A stretch of DNA of 64,000 nt from Macrostomum hystrix (taxonomy: Eukaryota; Animalia; Platyhelminthes), in NCBI GenBank assembly GCA_950097015.1, contig CATNEN010000039.1, positions 15,934,001-15,998,000 of the forward strand, in the 5' to 3' direction. The notes beneath the pieces are model-generated. The model saw nothing but the letters and a program-made list of their open reading frames with translations. It was not told the origin of the DNA and did no database searches. A program made the position numbers and the translations under genes. This document shows positions 39,896-53,400 of this stretch, piece after piece. Within the stretch, counting starts at the first letter, position 1. Each line of letters opens with the position of its first letter.

Positions 39896-40789
39896 GAATA
39901 TAAACCTGACGTTTCCTGTTTTTCTTCAAAATACGGATGGATAGCCCTGAGGTATACTAAGCCCACTTTTCAACTTAAAATAGATCTATTGATTTTCGGA
40001 AATTGTAAAGTATATAATTTGCCGTCTAAAACCTACAGCAAAACTGCGTATACCGAAATATTATCAGTGCAAAGCCATAAACTAACCATAACTGCCAAGC
40101 CAGCAAAGGACACATGTACACACAATCTATAACTGTTGCGATTCCTTAATATGCTTGTTTTGTAAGCATAGATATGTATCCACATAAATATCAAACATTC
40201 ATTTTATAGCCACTAAATATAGTATATTTAGAAGACTGAAAAAATTAATAGACCCACTCGACCGCAGGATCAGCTGACCTGGAGCTCTAAATAGTGCACT
40301 GATTGCGTCTACACACTCAACACTGACAAATGACTGAACGAAAACTGTTTTCCTGTGGGATGTGCAAGAGAAGTATGGAAAGCACTTTCCTATATTTTTT
40401 GTGTTGTGTTTTTGCTGCGACTTTAGACTAAGGAAATCACATCGACGATAAGGCTGAACACTAAAGTACATTAACAGACGGACCCTCTAGTTAACAGGCT
40501 TTTGCGTACTTTGCAATATTTCACAAGACCGATGACGTTAGCACTGCTATAGTGCTAGCACAAGAATGCTATTTTCTTTCTAACTCACTAAAGGACTACT
40601 TAAGCATAAATAAAATGGACCTGACGCAAACGTGTTTATCACTATTAAAAGAAGCTATCAACGCGCAACGACAGCGCAGATCGGTCAATCCTCAAACACC
40701 GGAGCCCAATTACAATCGCTAATTACAATAGCAATTACAATCTATTGGAAAAGGCTAATTAAAATCAAGATAGTCTGGCTATGACTTTG

Positions 40790-41826
40790 TGTCTCATCTT
40801 TAGCCAGTTAAAACCATTCATTTATATCTTCAGTGTCTCATCTTCAGCCAGTTAAAACTATTCATTTACATCTTCAGTGTATCATCTTTAGCCAGTTAAA
40901 ACCATTCATTTATATCTTCAGTGTCTCATCTTTAGCCAGTTAAAACCATTCATTTATATCTTCAGTGTCTCATCTTTAGCCAGTTAAAACTATTCATTTA
41001 TATCTTCAGTGTCTCATCTTCAGCCAGTTAAAACTATTCATTTATATCTTCAGTGTCTCATCTTTAGCCAGTTAAAACTATTCATTTACATCTTCAGTGT
41101 CTCATCTTTAGCCAGTTAAAACTATTCATTTACATCTTCAGTGTATCATCTTTAGCCAGTTAAAACTATTCATTTATATCTTCAGTGTCTCATCTTCAGC
41201 CAGTTAAAACTATTCATTTATATCTTCAGTGTATCATCTTCAGCCAGTTAAAACTATTCATTTACATCTTCAGTGTCTCATCTTTAGCCAGTTAAAACTA
41301 TTCATTTATATCTTCAGTGTCTCATCTTCAGCCAGTTAAAACTATTCATTTACATCTTCAGTGTCTCATCTTCAGCCAGTTAAAACTATTCATGTATATC
41401 TTCAGTGTCTCATCTTTAGCCAGTTAAAACTATTCATTTACATCTTCAGTGTCTCATCTTCAGCCAGTTAAAACTATTCATTTATATCTTCAGTGTCTCA
41501 TCTTCAGCCAGTTAAAACTATTCATTTACATCTTCAGTGTATCATCTTCAGCCAGTTAAAACTATTCATTTATATCTTCAGTGTCTCATCTTCAGCCAGT
41601 TAAAACTATTCATTTATATCTTCAGTGTCTCATCTTCAGCCAGTTAAAACTATTCATTTATATCTTCAGTGTATCATCTTCAGCCAGTTAAAACCATTCA
41701 TTTATATCTTCAGTGTCTCATCTTCAGCCAGTTAAAACTATTCATTTATATATCACGGATGTCAACTTTAGCCAGTTAGAACCATTCATTTATATATTAA
41801 GGATGTCAAGTTCAGCCAGTTAAACC
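40790..41826. repeat. 44-bp minisatellite (tcatcttcagccagttaaaactattcatttatatcttcagtgtc)
   Basis: About 23 contiguous units with no unique spacers. Confidence 0.96.
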
Positions 41827-43160
41827 CATTTATTCATTTATATCTAGTAGGTGCTATATTTAGTCTGTTAAACTGCTATTGCATTTTTATGTCCTTTAGT
41901 ATCACATTTTACTAGTAAATTGACCAGCCACACGGAAAAGAGCTAACCGAGAGTTTGGGTTACACCTACTAAAAAAAGCACAGAAACTTTCAAAAGTAGA
42001 AAATAAGAAATTGTCTGCAGCTGTACAGAAAAAACTGATAAAAAACTCGAACAGACCGAATTCAGCCTACCTGACCCCACACCCACTCAACCTGATAGCT
42101 TGCTTCACTTCTAAACGGCGTGTTCCGAAGAGATACAGAAGAAAAGAAACTACTTGTTAGAATTATTCGGACTGTGTTTGACACTAGTAAGCATTACTAA
42201 GCATTAGTGTATACTAAGTTATACAGTAGAAACAAAAATACAGAGAGGAAGAGAGAGAAAAGTCAAAGTTGAGTTCGGGATAGATATAGCCTATCTATTT
42301 ATATACACATATCTGCACCTTCAGCTGTCTTTCGCGTATCTCTCTCTCTCATTTAAGTAGGCGTAAGATGTACCTGAAATCTACGTCAAACCAGTCCTAG
42401 GCTAACCAGTAAGCACTATTATCAATAGAAGGATTACCGTGCGTGTGTGTGCCGAGGCAGGTGACAACCTACCCAACCCCAAAGTTGAGAACGAATATAC
42501 AGTATATAGTGTGCAAATAACTGCTGTTTCTACACGACTTTATGCTTGCATTCGTATTTCAACCACTAATGAAATTTTTAAATAAAATTAAAATATAAAT
42601 TATACTAAAACAATGAGATTACAGCATTGCACTGCGCATATAAAGGGCTAACCCCACAATAGTTTAATAATTGTCCACCCCCTTGGGCAAAGATTCGAAC
42701 TCCCGACCACACATCCTAAACTTTTAACCACTGAAAACGACAAAAGGGCAATAAAGTGCAGATGCTATTTTAGTAAAGAGAAGACAGTCTTACCTGTCAA
42801 TTTCATCATCATTTTGTTTCAAATTGGAAATCCAAACTAGAAATTTATTAGTTAGTTAATAACACCATTGCTGCCGTTGGAATCGACCGAGCGACGAAGC
42901 CGTTAGTGACTAAGGCGAGACAATCAGTTCAGTAGGAGGCAGCGATGCAGTACGAAGACATTCGGAGTGTGTGGGTCGGAGGCAAGTTTCACACAGGCTA
43001 ATAACTAATACTTTTCAACCCCCACCCACAACAAGTAATCTAGCTGTTTCAATAGCCATCTAGTGAAACTTGCAAACAACGCCACACAGTCCCAATGTTC
43101 GCTAGCATCCAACCGAAGTTGTTGAATCTCCAGCCGCATCAACGGCTCATTGGCGGTCAT

Positions 43161-44388
43161 TCACAGCAGATTGCACTTGACACCGCGCCTAGGCTTGAGT
43201 TTGCCCTTGGCCCGGTAGAGGCTCAGATAGTCCAGCTGTTTCTTATTAATAGCGCCCCGGCGCTTAGCCCGAATTAGCTGGACAGCCTCGTCGTAGGTTG
43301 TGCCGAGCTCCATCAGGGCGATGGCCACCATGACAGGGGCTCGGCCCAGACCTGCCACACAGTGAATGGCGATGCAGGCGTCCGGCCGAGCTGTCCATCG
43401 TTCGCGCAGCAGTGTCAACCAGGCGTGGACAATGTCCGCCGGCGGCGGATCGCCGTCCGGATAGGGCAAATCGTGAACCTGTTGCAAGGATGCGGCGGAT
43501 TTAGCAGTGAAAAGACCACGGCAAATACCCACTGCCTACTTTACGATAGCTCCCAAACTGAATGACCGGCTTTCGTCAAAGTCCGACATATGGATCAACT
43601 TTTTCGACCTTGACGATGACCTAACTTTCAATGCGATCCGAGTCAGCTATTCGAGATATCGAGATATTCAGCTATTTTTGTCGAAGATCCTGGCGACAAG
43701 GAAAATTAACAGCTTTGTTTAAACCTCTATGGCAATATATGTGCCTATATTGGTGGTTTCTGCCACCAGACACCCTGACGAGAATTTTTGAATATCTAGA
43801 CGATGCCGATGTTTTGTTACTCTGGAAGTTGATTAATAGGATAGAGCGGAAAATATAAGACTGTTCTGGGTTTCCATGGCGATAGGTTGAATAGTTTGGA
43901 AAAAAGGAAAGCGCGGGTATTCGAAATACCCTGCGGTCATTCTACTGTTAAACTACTAATTAGTTGACGAGGGTTCAGCACTTAGAGAAAGTCGACTAGC
44001 GGACAAAAAGCCGGCAATTCTACTCATTCCGCTGACCAATGAGCACACACTGACACATCTGCTCTGGCTTTCTCATTGTCAGACAGTGGGCAATAACTGT
44101 GCTTTTGGAGGTCCCAATGAATGGGGCCTTATCCCAGTTTGATTGAACTAGCCTTTGCAATTTTCAACTACTTAATTAGTTTTTAAGTCGACCAACCTGA
44201 ATGTCGGCCTTCTTCAACAGTTCAGTGTTGTAGGAGCTCTCGCAGACTCTAACAACATCGCTGACACCGTGATTGCGGCATTCGGTGACAAATTTGTCGA
44301 GATTAGTATCACTGGGCCGGTCCATGATCAGGAAGCTGCGGTCCCTGAAGGTGATGCTGCTAGGCGCTGGCAGGAATTTGCTGGCCAT
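43161..44388 (-). CDS. PTP4A: PRL-family prenylated protein tyrosine phosphatase, 169 aa. Coding exons 44197-44388 and 43161-43478
   Basis: PAPxxI..FLIMDRPSD..VVRVCE, HCVAGLGRAP P-loop, IRAKRRGAINKKQ, polybasic tail and CAAX (CNLL). Phase-0 GT-AG intron. Putative 5'UTR intron 44619-46802. Confidence 0.95.
43505..43947 (+). mobile_element. MITE family B, internally deleted, in the PRL intron
   Basis: CAGTGAAAAGACC...GGTCATTCTACTG|TTAA with internal similarity to the 20515 copy. Confidence 0.8.
43960..44150 (-). mobile_element. SINE family 2, decayed fragment
   Basis: ggcaattc..cgctgac..gagcacac..acatctgc..ctttctcattgtcag matches the 61348 copy. Confidence 0.6.
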
Positions 44389-45657
44389 TGCTGCTGCTGC
44401 TGCTGCTGGCAATCAGTTTGGATAACTCACAAAGGCTTTGTTTAAGTTGGAGGCAAACTAACAACTCGATGGGATTGGATATTGCAGATTGTCAAACCAA
44501 TCTGTGCAGCAACTGTTTGACTGGTTCTCTGGGGGAGTGTCTCAAACTAGAGAAATCTGCTGTGTTGAAAGATATTAAAGGCTGCCTGTCTTATTGCCAC
44601 GTCAGCCGTTGTCGTTGTCTGAGGAATTTGGGAAAGTAAGGTTTAAAAGTTTCTAATAAGCAATTGTAATAACTCAATTGATGAACTGGTTTAACTTAGA
44701 GTCAACAATTATTTGAGCCTTTATTTTTCGATTTTTATTTTCTTTTAGGAGACTGTCTAAGATAAAAAACTTACTTTCACTTTCATTTTGCAAAGGTTAC
44801 ATTTATTAGTTCAAATGAAACAATATTTTTCCAAAATATAAGTTCTAATCATCTTAATCATGATCTTATAATATACTAAATCTCTAAGAATTGTTCTGAA
44901 GTCTAAGTCAAGAAAAAATTCTGGATACTTTTTGGGAAAGGTAAGCAGGATTGTAAAAAAATAAACTGAGAAAAAATTGAAAATGGGTCTGACAAGTAAA
45001 CATTTAATGTCACTGAATAGCCTAAAACATACATTAACGCATCCCTATCAGCTGCCATGTCTTATTTAATTAAGTTCTTTTCATTTATATCACTTAACTA
45101 CTACGAGCTAGTATACATTAAATATGCATAGCAAAAGCATTTAACTCAAAAAATCAATTCATTATTATTGCCAAGCCAATTTTATCAAGGAATTGTTGTA
45201 GAATGTAATACAATAGAATTGTATTACAGTGACTTTGTCACTGTTATATGCTGTTGCTATTTATAGTGTTGATGCAGATGTTGAGACAAATCTGGCGTGA
45301 GCTACAAGAAGGAATAAATTCTAAAAGGTTGTTTGCTTGTTGGCACAAAACCATTTTGGCCTACATTTGATTGTCTTTATTTTTGTATATAACTGCCTTT
45401 GTTCATTAATAACAAAATTACATGACTGCATACAACAATACAAAAAAGTAATTGTAAAACTAGTTGAAGTTATTAAACAATTTTTTTAGCTTGACAGAAG
45501 TAAACACATGCTAAACAAAATTTGCTACTATGACTACTATACGAGTATCTATAATACATAATGAAAATGAACCACTGATGCATTATAAATATAAATAACT
45601 TGCTTTACTATATCATTTTTAGATTATCTTGTATTTACCATTTATATGCTTTTCAAA

Positions 45658-46050
45658 GGCAGTGCTTATCCCCACGGTACTGTAAAAATAATTTTTGTCT
45701 TATTCCTATGGTACCGTGGGAATAATTTCCTGCTTATCTGCACGGCACACTGACGAGATAGCTGTCTTATCTTCAACATATTCCGTGGGAAAAATTTCCT
45801 GCTTATCCGCACGGCACACTGACGAGATAGCTGTCCTATTTTCAACATATTCACAAAAAGCAGAAAACTTTAATTTGTTTACTTGCTTTTAAAAACCAGA
45901 AGAAAAAAGGAAAATTGCAGTCATGATAAAAAATATAGATAGGACAGCTATCTTGTCAGTGTGCCATGCGGATAAGCAGGAAATTATTCCCACGGTACCG
46001 TAGGAATAAGACAAAATTATTACTACGGTACCGTGAGGATAAGCACTGCC
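45658..46050. mobile_element. MULE-like MITE with long TIRs
   Basis: About 115-bp TIRs starting GGCAGTGCTTATC, perfect 9-bp TSD CTTTTCAAA (45649-45657, 46051-46059), and an internal duplicate of a subterminal block. Confidence 0.88.
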
Positions 46051-46802
46051 CTTTTCAAATGCCATTTCTGCTGTATGTGCCTGCTTGCTTTTTGTGCTTT
46101 AGCTTTTTGACTCAACATATGTAACACAATTTATGATCACAAATAAAGTCTAAGTAAACTAGTTAGACTCTAACATAGAAATCAAATTTTTTAGCACCTA
46201 AACTTGGTATTAACAATTTTTGCAATAGGCCCTACCTAAAATGTACTTTGAATTTCAAATTCCTTCTGCCTCACTGTCAATAATAAAAAAAAATAAAATT
46301 AAATATTCATCTAGATAACATTTTATAATAACAATTTGGTTGAACTGGCTTGAGGCCAAGATTGTTTTGGGCTAAAAATGATAATGACCAAAAGAACCAG
46401 TTAGGCCTACCTTATGAGTATGCTAAAATTTCGGACCAAACAACTGCATGGTACCTGCACCCACCTTTCTGATTATGGGTTGTTCCACTCCCTAAAACTT
46501 GTGAATTAGAACTACTTGTGATTGACTGTGTCAAATTCTAAAAGGCAATGCAAATGCAAATATAAGTGCAAAAATTACCTAGGTATAATACAGGACATTT
46601 GCCCTGTAAATAGAATAGGCCCCTAATGATAAAAACATTTAGTTTATTGGCATTTCATTTCGGCTGCAGCAAGACAGCAAAGTTATGATCAGGTAGAAAA
46701 CCAAAAAATAGTTTGTTAAAGGAGTAGGCCTAAAAACCTATTGGCCTAGCAGCCTTCGTACCGATTAGCAAATTGTGAATGTTGATAGCAAACATGGCTT
46801 AC

Positions 46803-47479
46803 CTGAAGCAAAATCCGAAGTCGCACACATCAAAAAGAAGGTTTTTACTAACAAACTAAAATGTAAAAAAACGAGAGCATTGAGAGTAGGAAAATTGTAT
46901 GCCTAAAGAACTGATGACAAAAGTGCTGTATAAAATTTACCAATCTACTATAAAATTTCGTCCAGAATCCAAGTCGGCGACAACAAAAACTAAATTTTTA
47001 GGTTATGTAATGTCCTGTAATCTAAAAATGAAAAAAATTTAAGATAAATAATTCTATTGAGTTTTTTCTGTCTAAATAATAGTGATTTCATAATGTGTAA
47101 GTAATAAAACACTAATGATTTTTTCTGCGTTGTTATAATGTTTAATGATTCACTGCTTCCGTTTAACTTAAGAAGTTTTAAGTGATTTTTCTAATGTTTT
47201 GTCAGTAGCAGAAGAGAACAGTTCAATTTTTCATGCTGTTAAGGCTGATAATAATGATTCCATGAGAAATACTTTTCGCTTAGTCGCTTCAGTTTTCACA
47301 TCTTATTTTTATGATTCTTTCAAAGCTCTCTATGTAAATTTTTATTTAACATTCTTTTTCAACTAATCATTATTTTAAAATTTATCTGTTGCTGACTCAC
47401 TGCTTACTTATAAAAAGCAGTAATCCTAAATGTGTTGCATCAAACGTCAATCCTAAAGGGTTTCTTTTCTCAGCTTAAA
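46803..47479. promoter_or_regulatory. Putative bidirectional promoter between PRL (-) and myosin V (+)
   Basis: Minus-strand donor CAG|GTAAG at 46803/46802 and a plus-strand acceptor ttttctcag at 47473, 6 nt before the myosin ATG. The genes are head-to-head. TSSs are not visible. Confidence 0.5.
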
Positions 47480-50400
47480 ATGTCATTGACAGAGCTATAC
47501 AGCAAGGTAAGCAATATAAAACAGTTGTCAAATGCAATTAGCAGCTGCTTTATTACTACATGTTTTTTTATTTCTATTTTGCTAATTATTAATGATCAGT
47601 TGTGCACTTTTTTCATTACAGAATTTAGGTATTTATGTTATTATATTATAGTCTGCATATGCAATAATATCTAGGTATAGTTGCCCATAAACTTCCAGCC
47701 ATTTTGAACTTTGGGTAATGCAGACTTTAAAGCTACAATCAAATACAATATGAAGCAGACAGATGCTTGGTGCTTATTATTTTTAAAACAGTAGGAGTTC
47801 TTAAACAATAGACTTGCTTTTAGTAGCCTTCATGAAAACATAGAAAAATAAGGCTTTACATTTTTAGATATTTTTTATAGCTTCTTAACTAGCTGTGACT
47901 AGGCCTACTTATTAGCTAAACTAGAAGCTATCTTTACCTATTTTCTTAGCTTAATTTGATTGCATGTTCAGATATACAAAAAATATTTTTTGCATCAGTT
48001 TTTGTTACCCATCACTAGTGAAGAATTGTTAGTTGCTTGTTGCTGATTAAAAAGAGTTTGATTACGAATAATTTCAACTATTTTTTTGTTTCTGAACTTC
48101 AAGTTGTTCAATTACTTACAATACTGTTTATTCTACGTGAATAATGCTTTGTCTACTTATTTTAGGGAACACGTGTCTGGCTACCTGATCAACTAGAAGT
48201 ATGGCAAGGAGGTGTTCTCACCACTGACTACCAAGAAGGTGCTAAGGAGCTTACAGTCACTTTAGAATCCGGCGAGGTATGTCGGTTTTTTATCTAGCCA
48301 CTTAGATAAAGTGAAAATTTATTGAAACTGTATTTTATAATTAGGAATTAAGGTAATGAAAGATTTCACTTCCCGTACTTGCCGATGAAGGTTCGAATTC
48401 TTCGCATCAGAGATGCTGAGCGAGATTTGCCGCCACTGCGAAATCCGGACATTCTCACCGGCGAGAATAACCTTACGTCACTGAGCTACTTGAACGAAGC
48501 CGAAGTGCTCCACAATTTGCGCATTCGCTTTCTCGAGAGGCGAACAATATATACCTACTGCGGCATTGTGCTAGTAGCTCTGAATCCTTACCAGGTAAAT
48601 TATGTCTAAATAAGAGTCTTCTATCGAAATTGAGCACTGTGTTTTAATAGTAGAACTACCAAGGGGAAGAATCCACCCCCCAGAAAAATTTTGTGCTGCA
48701 CCCAAACTGAGCAACGCAAGCACACGAAACTCAAGAACACGGGCCAACTTTTTGTTGTGCATCTTCTGAATGAGCAAGCCAGCTCTTCAGACCGTCGAGA
48801 TATTCAACGATTCTGACCGAAGGTTGGATTTTATCCTTTAGCGCTAGTGTATTTCATACACCCCTATACTAGCACTGCGCCTCAGTGCGGCCTTATCAGG
48901 CATTCACAATTTATCAGCATGTCACCCGAATGTGCCTTCATCATCTCCGTCTTCCCCGCCCTTGGTATAAAAACGGGCGGCAAAATGGCTTGGCAGTCCT
49001 ACTGTTAATGCGCGTATATTATCTAGAAAACTTCTTGGCTAGAACCTCGCTTTCTTCTCATTGTGAAAGGACGTGCCAATCTACGATGATACAGTCATCC
49101 TGGCCTACTCCGGCTGCGAGGACGTCGGCTCCGCCCTGGAGCCGCACGTGTTCGGCGTCGCCGAGCAGGCTTTCAATCACATGTCAGTTTTTGGCCAGAA
49201 TCAATCAATCATTGTGTCAGGCGAGAGTGGCAGCGGTAAGACGGTTAATGCGCGATATACACTGCGCTATCTAGCAACGGTTGCCTCCACGGCGGCTAAC
49301 AACAACGGAATCGACCGCGACATCAGCGGCGGTGGCGGCGGAGGAGGCGGCGATGACTTTCACTATTCCCAGATTGAAGACAGAATTCTGGCGTCTAATC
49401 CTATCTTGGAGGCTTTCGGTGGGTTTCAACTTGACTTGTTTCTTTCTACTTGGCTCTTTCATGACCAGTATGGAATATCTGAGGAACTGAAAAATCAGAG
49501 GACTGAAGAATCAGAGTAGGTACTGAAGAATCAGAGGTAGGACTGAAGAATCAGAGGAGGGACTGAAGAATCAGAGGAGGGACTGAAGAATCAGAGGTAG
49601 GACTGAAGAATCAGAGGAGGGACTGAAGAATCAGAGGTAGGACTGAAGAATCAGAGGTAGGACTGAAGAATCAGAGGAGGGACTGAAGAATCAGAGGAGG
49701 GACTGAAGAATCAGAGGTAGGACTGAAGAATCAGAGGAGGGACTGAAGAATCAGAGGAGGGACTGAAGAATCAGAGTAGGGACTGAAGAATCAGAGGAGG
49801 GACTGAAGAATCAGAGGTAGGACTGAAGAATCAGAGGAGGGACTGAAGAATCAGAGGAGGGACTGAAGAATCAGAGTAGGGACTGAAGAATCAGAGGTAG
49901 GACTGAAGAATCAGAGGAGGGACTGAAGAATCAGAGGAGGGACTGAAGAATCAGATGTAGGACTGAAGAATCAGAGGTAGGACTGAAGAATCAGAGGAGG
50001 GACTGAAGAATCAGAGGTAGGACTGAAGAATCAGAGGTAGGACTGAAGAATCAGAGGAGGGACTGAATAATCAGAGGAGGGACTGAAGAATCAGAGGTAG
50101 GACTGAAGAATCAGAGGAGGGACTGAAGAATTAGAGGTAGGACTGAAGAATCAGATGTAGGACTGAAGAATCAGATGTAGGACTGAAGAATTAGAGGAGG
50201 GACTGAAGAATCAGAGGAGGGACTGAATAATCAGAGGAGGGACTGAAGAATCAGAGAAGGGACTGAAGAATCAGAGGAGGGACTGAAGAATCAGAGGAGG
50301 GACTGAAGAATCAGAGGAGGGACTGAAGAATCAGAGGAGGGACTGAAGAATCAGAGGTAGGACTGAAGAATCAGAGGAGGGACTGAAGAATCAGAGGAGG

Positions 50401-53400
50401 GACTGAAGAATCAGAGGTAGGACTGAAGAATCAGAGGAGGGACTGAAGAATCAGAGGAGGGACTGAAGAATCAGAGGTAGGACTGAAGAATCAGAGGAGG
50501 GACTGAAGAATCAGAGGAGGGACTGAAGAATCAGAGGTAGGACTGAAGAATCAGAGGAGGGACTGAGGAATCAGAGGAGGGACTGAAGAATCAGAGGAGG
50601 GACTGAAGAATCAGAGGAGGGACTGAAGAATCAGGTGTAGGACTGAAGAATTAGAGGTAGGACTGAAGAATCAGATGTAGGACTGAAGAATCAGATGTAG
50701 GACTGAAGAATTAGAGGAGGGACTGAAGAATCAGATGTAGGACTGAAGAATCAGATGTAGGACTGAAGAATTAGAGGAGGGACTGAAGAATCAGAGGAGG
50801 GACTGAATAATCAGAGGAGGGACTGAAGAATCAGAGGAGGGACTGAAGAATCAGAGGAGGGACTGAAGAATCAGAGGAGGAACTGAAGAATCAGAGGAGG
50901 AACTAAAGAATCAGAGGAGGGACTGAAGAATCAGATGTAGGACTGAAGAATCAGATGTAGGACTGAAGAATCAGAGGTAGGACTGAAGAATCAGAGGAGG
51001 AACTAAAGAATCAGAGGAGGGACTGAAGAATCAGATGTAGGACTGAAGAGTCAGAGGAGGGACTGAATAATCAGAGGAGGGACTGAAGAATCAGAGGAGG
51101 GACTGAAGAATCAGAGGACTGAAGAATCAGAGGACTGAAGAATCAGAGGACTGAAGAATCAGAGGACTGAAGAATCAGAGAACAGAGAACAAATGTGTTC
51201 AACGGTCAGACAGTTTCCAAGAATAGTTTCGACCCTGAAAACCGCTGAGTGATTTGTATCCTCAATTGTGCCATGTTATTCGTCTCGCGCAGGCAACGCC
51301 AAGACTACAAGGAATGACAACAGCAGCAGATTCGGCAAGTACATCCAGATCGCATTCGCGGCCTCACAGATCTCCCACGCAAGCATTCGCACTTATCTGT
51401 TGGAGAAGAGTCGGGTTGTCAGCCAAGCCTTCAACGAGCGAAATTATCACATTTTCTATCAGCTGTGCAGCTGTGAAGACACCTCCTTGGGTCTATCTAG
51501 TCCGGACAATTTCAAATACTTATCTGGCGGTCAGTGCTGGACTGTTGACAATGTCAGCGACGCCGAAGAGTTGAGTGTCACTAGAGCCGCTTTTCGAACG
51601 CTTGGTGAGTCCAAATTGATTATCACGCTTGTGATATGTAAGGTAGGTAATCCAAGTGTACAATTAATGCGAACCTGTTATGTACTCAAACCAAACTCAC
51701 CTGTAATGTGTTGAAACCAAGCTCACCTGTGATGTGTTGAAACCAAGCACACCTGTAATGTGTTGAAACCAAGCACACCTGTAATGTGTTCAAACCAAGC
51801 ACACCTGTAATGTATTCAAACCAAGCACACCTGTAATGTATTCAAACCAAGCACACCTGTGATGTGTTGAAACCAAGCACACCTGTAATGTGTTCAAACC
51901 AAGCACACCTGTAATGTGTTCAAACCAAGCACACCTGTAATGTATTCAAACCAAGCACACCTGTAATGTGTTCAAACCAAGCACACCTGTAATGTATTCA
52001 AACCAAGCACACCTGTAATGTGTTCAAACCAAGCACACCTGTAATGTGTTCAAACCAAGCACACCTGTAATGTGTTCAAACCAAGCACACCTGTAATGTA
52101 TTCAAACCAAGCACACCTGTAATGTGTTCAAACCAAGCACACCTGTGATGTATTGAAACCAAGCACACCTGTAATGTGTTCAAACCAAGCACACCTGTGA
52201 TGTATTGAAACCAAGCACACCTGTAATGTGTTCAAACCAAGCACACCTGTAATGTGTTCAAACCAAGCACACCTGTAATGTGTTCAAACCAAGCACACCT
52301 GTAATGTGTTCAAACCAAGCTCACCTGTAATGTGTTCAAACCAAGCACACCTGTAATGTATTCAAACCAAGCACACCTGTAATGTATTCAAACCAAGCAC
52401 ACCTGTAATGTGTTCAAACCAAGCTCACCTGTAATGTGTTCAAACCAAGCTCACCTGTGATGTGTTGAAACCAAGCACACCTGTAATGTGTTCAAACCAA
52501 GCACACCTGTAATGTATTCAAACCAAGCACACCTGTAATGTGTTCAAACCAAGCACACCTGTAATGTATTCAAACCAAGCACACCTGTAATGTGTTCAAA
52601 CCAAGCACACCTGTAATGTGTTGAAACCAAGCACACCTGTGATGTGTTGAAACCGAGCACACCTGTGATGTGTTGAAACCAAGCACACCTGTAATGTGTT
52701 CAAACCAAGCTCACCTGTAATGTGTTCAAACCAAGCTCACCTGTGATGTGTTGAAACCAAGCACACCTGTAATGTGTTCAAACCAAGCACACCTGTAATG
52801 TATTCAAACCAAGCACACCTGTAATGTATTCAAACCAAGCACACCTGTAATGTATTCAAACCAAGCACACCTGTAATGTATTCAAACCAAGCACACCTGT
52901 AATGTGTTCAAACCAAGCACACCTGTAATGTATTCAAACCAAGCACACCTGTAATGTGTTCAAACCAAGCACACCTGTAATGTGTTGAAACCAAGCACAC
53001 CTGTGATGTGTTGAAACCGAGCTCACCTGTGATGTGTTGAAACCAAGCACACCTGTAATGTGTTCAAACCAAGCTCACCTGTAATGTGTTCAAACCAAGC
53101 TCACCTGTGATGTGTTGAAACCAAGCACACCTGTAATGTGTTCAAACCAAGCACACCTGTAATGTATTCAAACCAAGCACACCTGTAATGTATTCAAACC
53201 AAGCACACCTGTAGTGTGTTGAAACCAAGCACACCTGTAATGTGTTGAAACCAAGCACACCTGTAAAATTTGAAACCATTTGACACCCGAAATTCAGAGG
53301 GGAAATACAACGGCGTTGATTACCGAAATAAAAAATGCAATTTGTTATAAAATAAATTCGCAGGTCTAACAGAAGATGACGAATGGAGTCTGTTCACAAT

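Noticed and set aside
40790-41826. CRISPR-like regular arrays (also 37428, 51688)
   Set aside because: Units are contiguous with no unique spacers, the context is eukaryotic and there are no cas genes.
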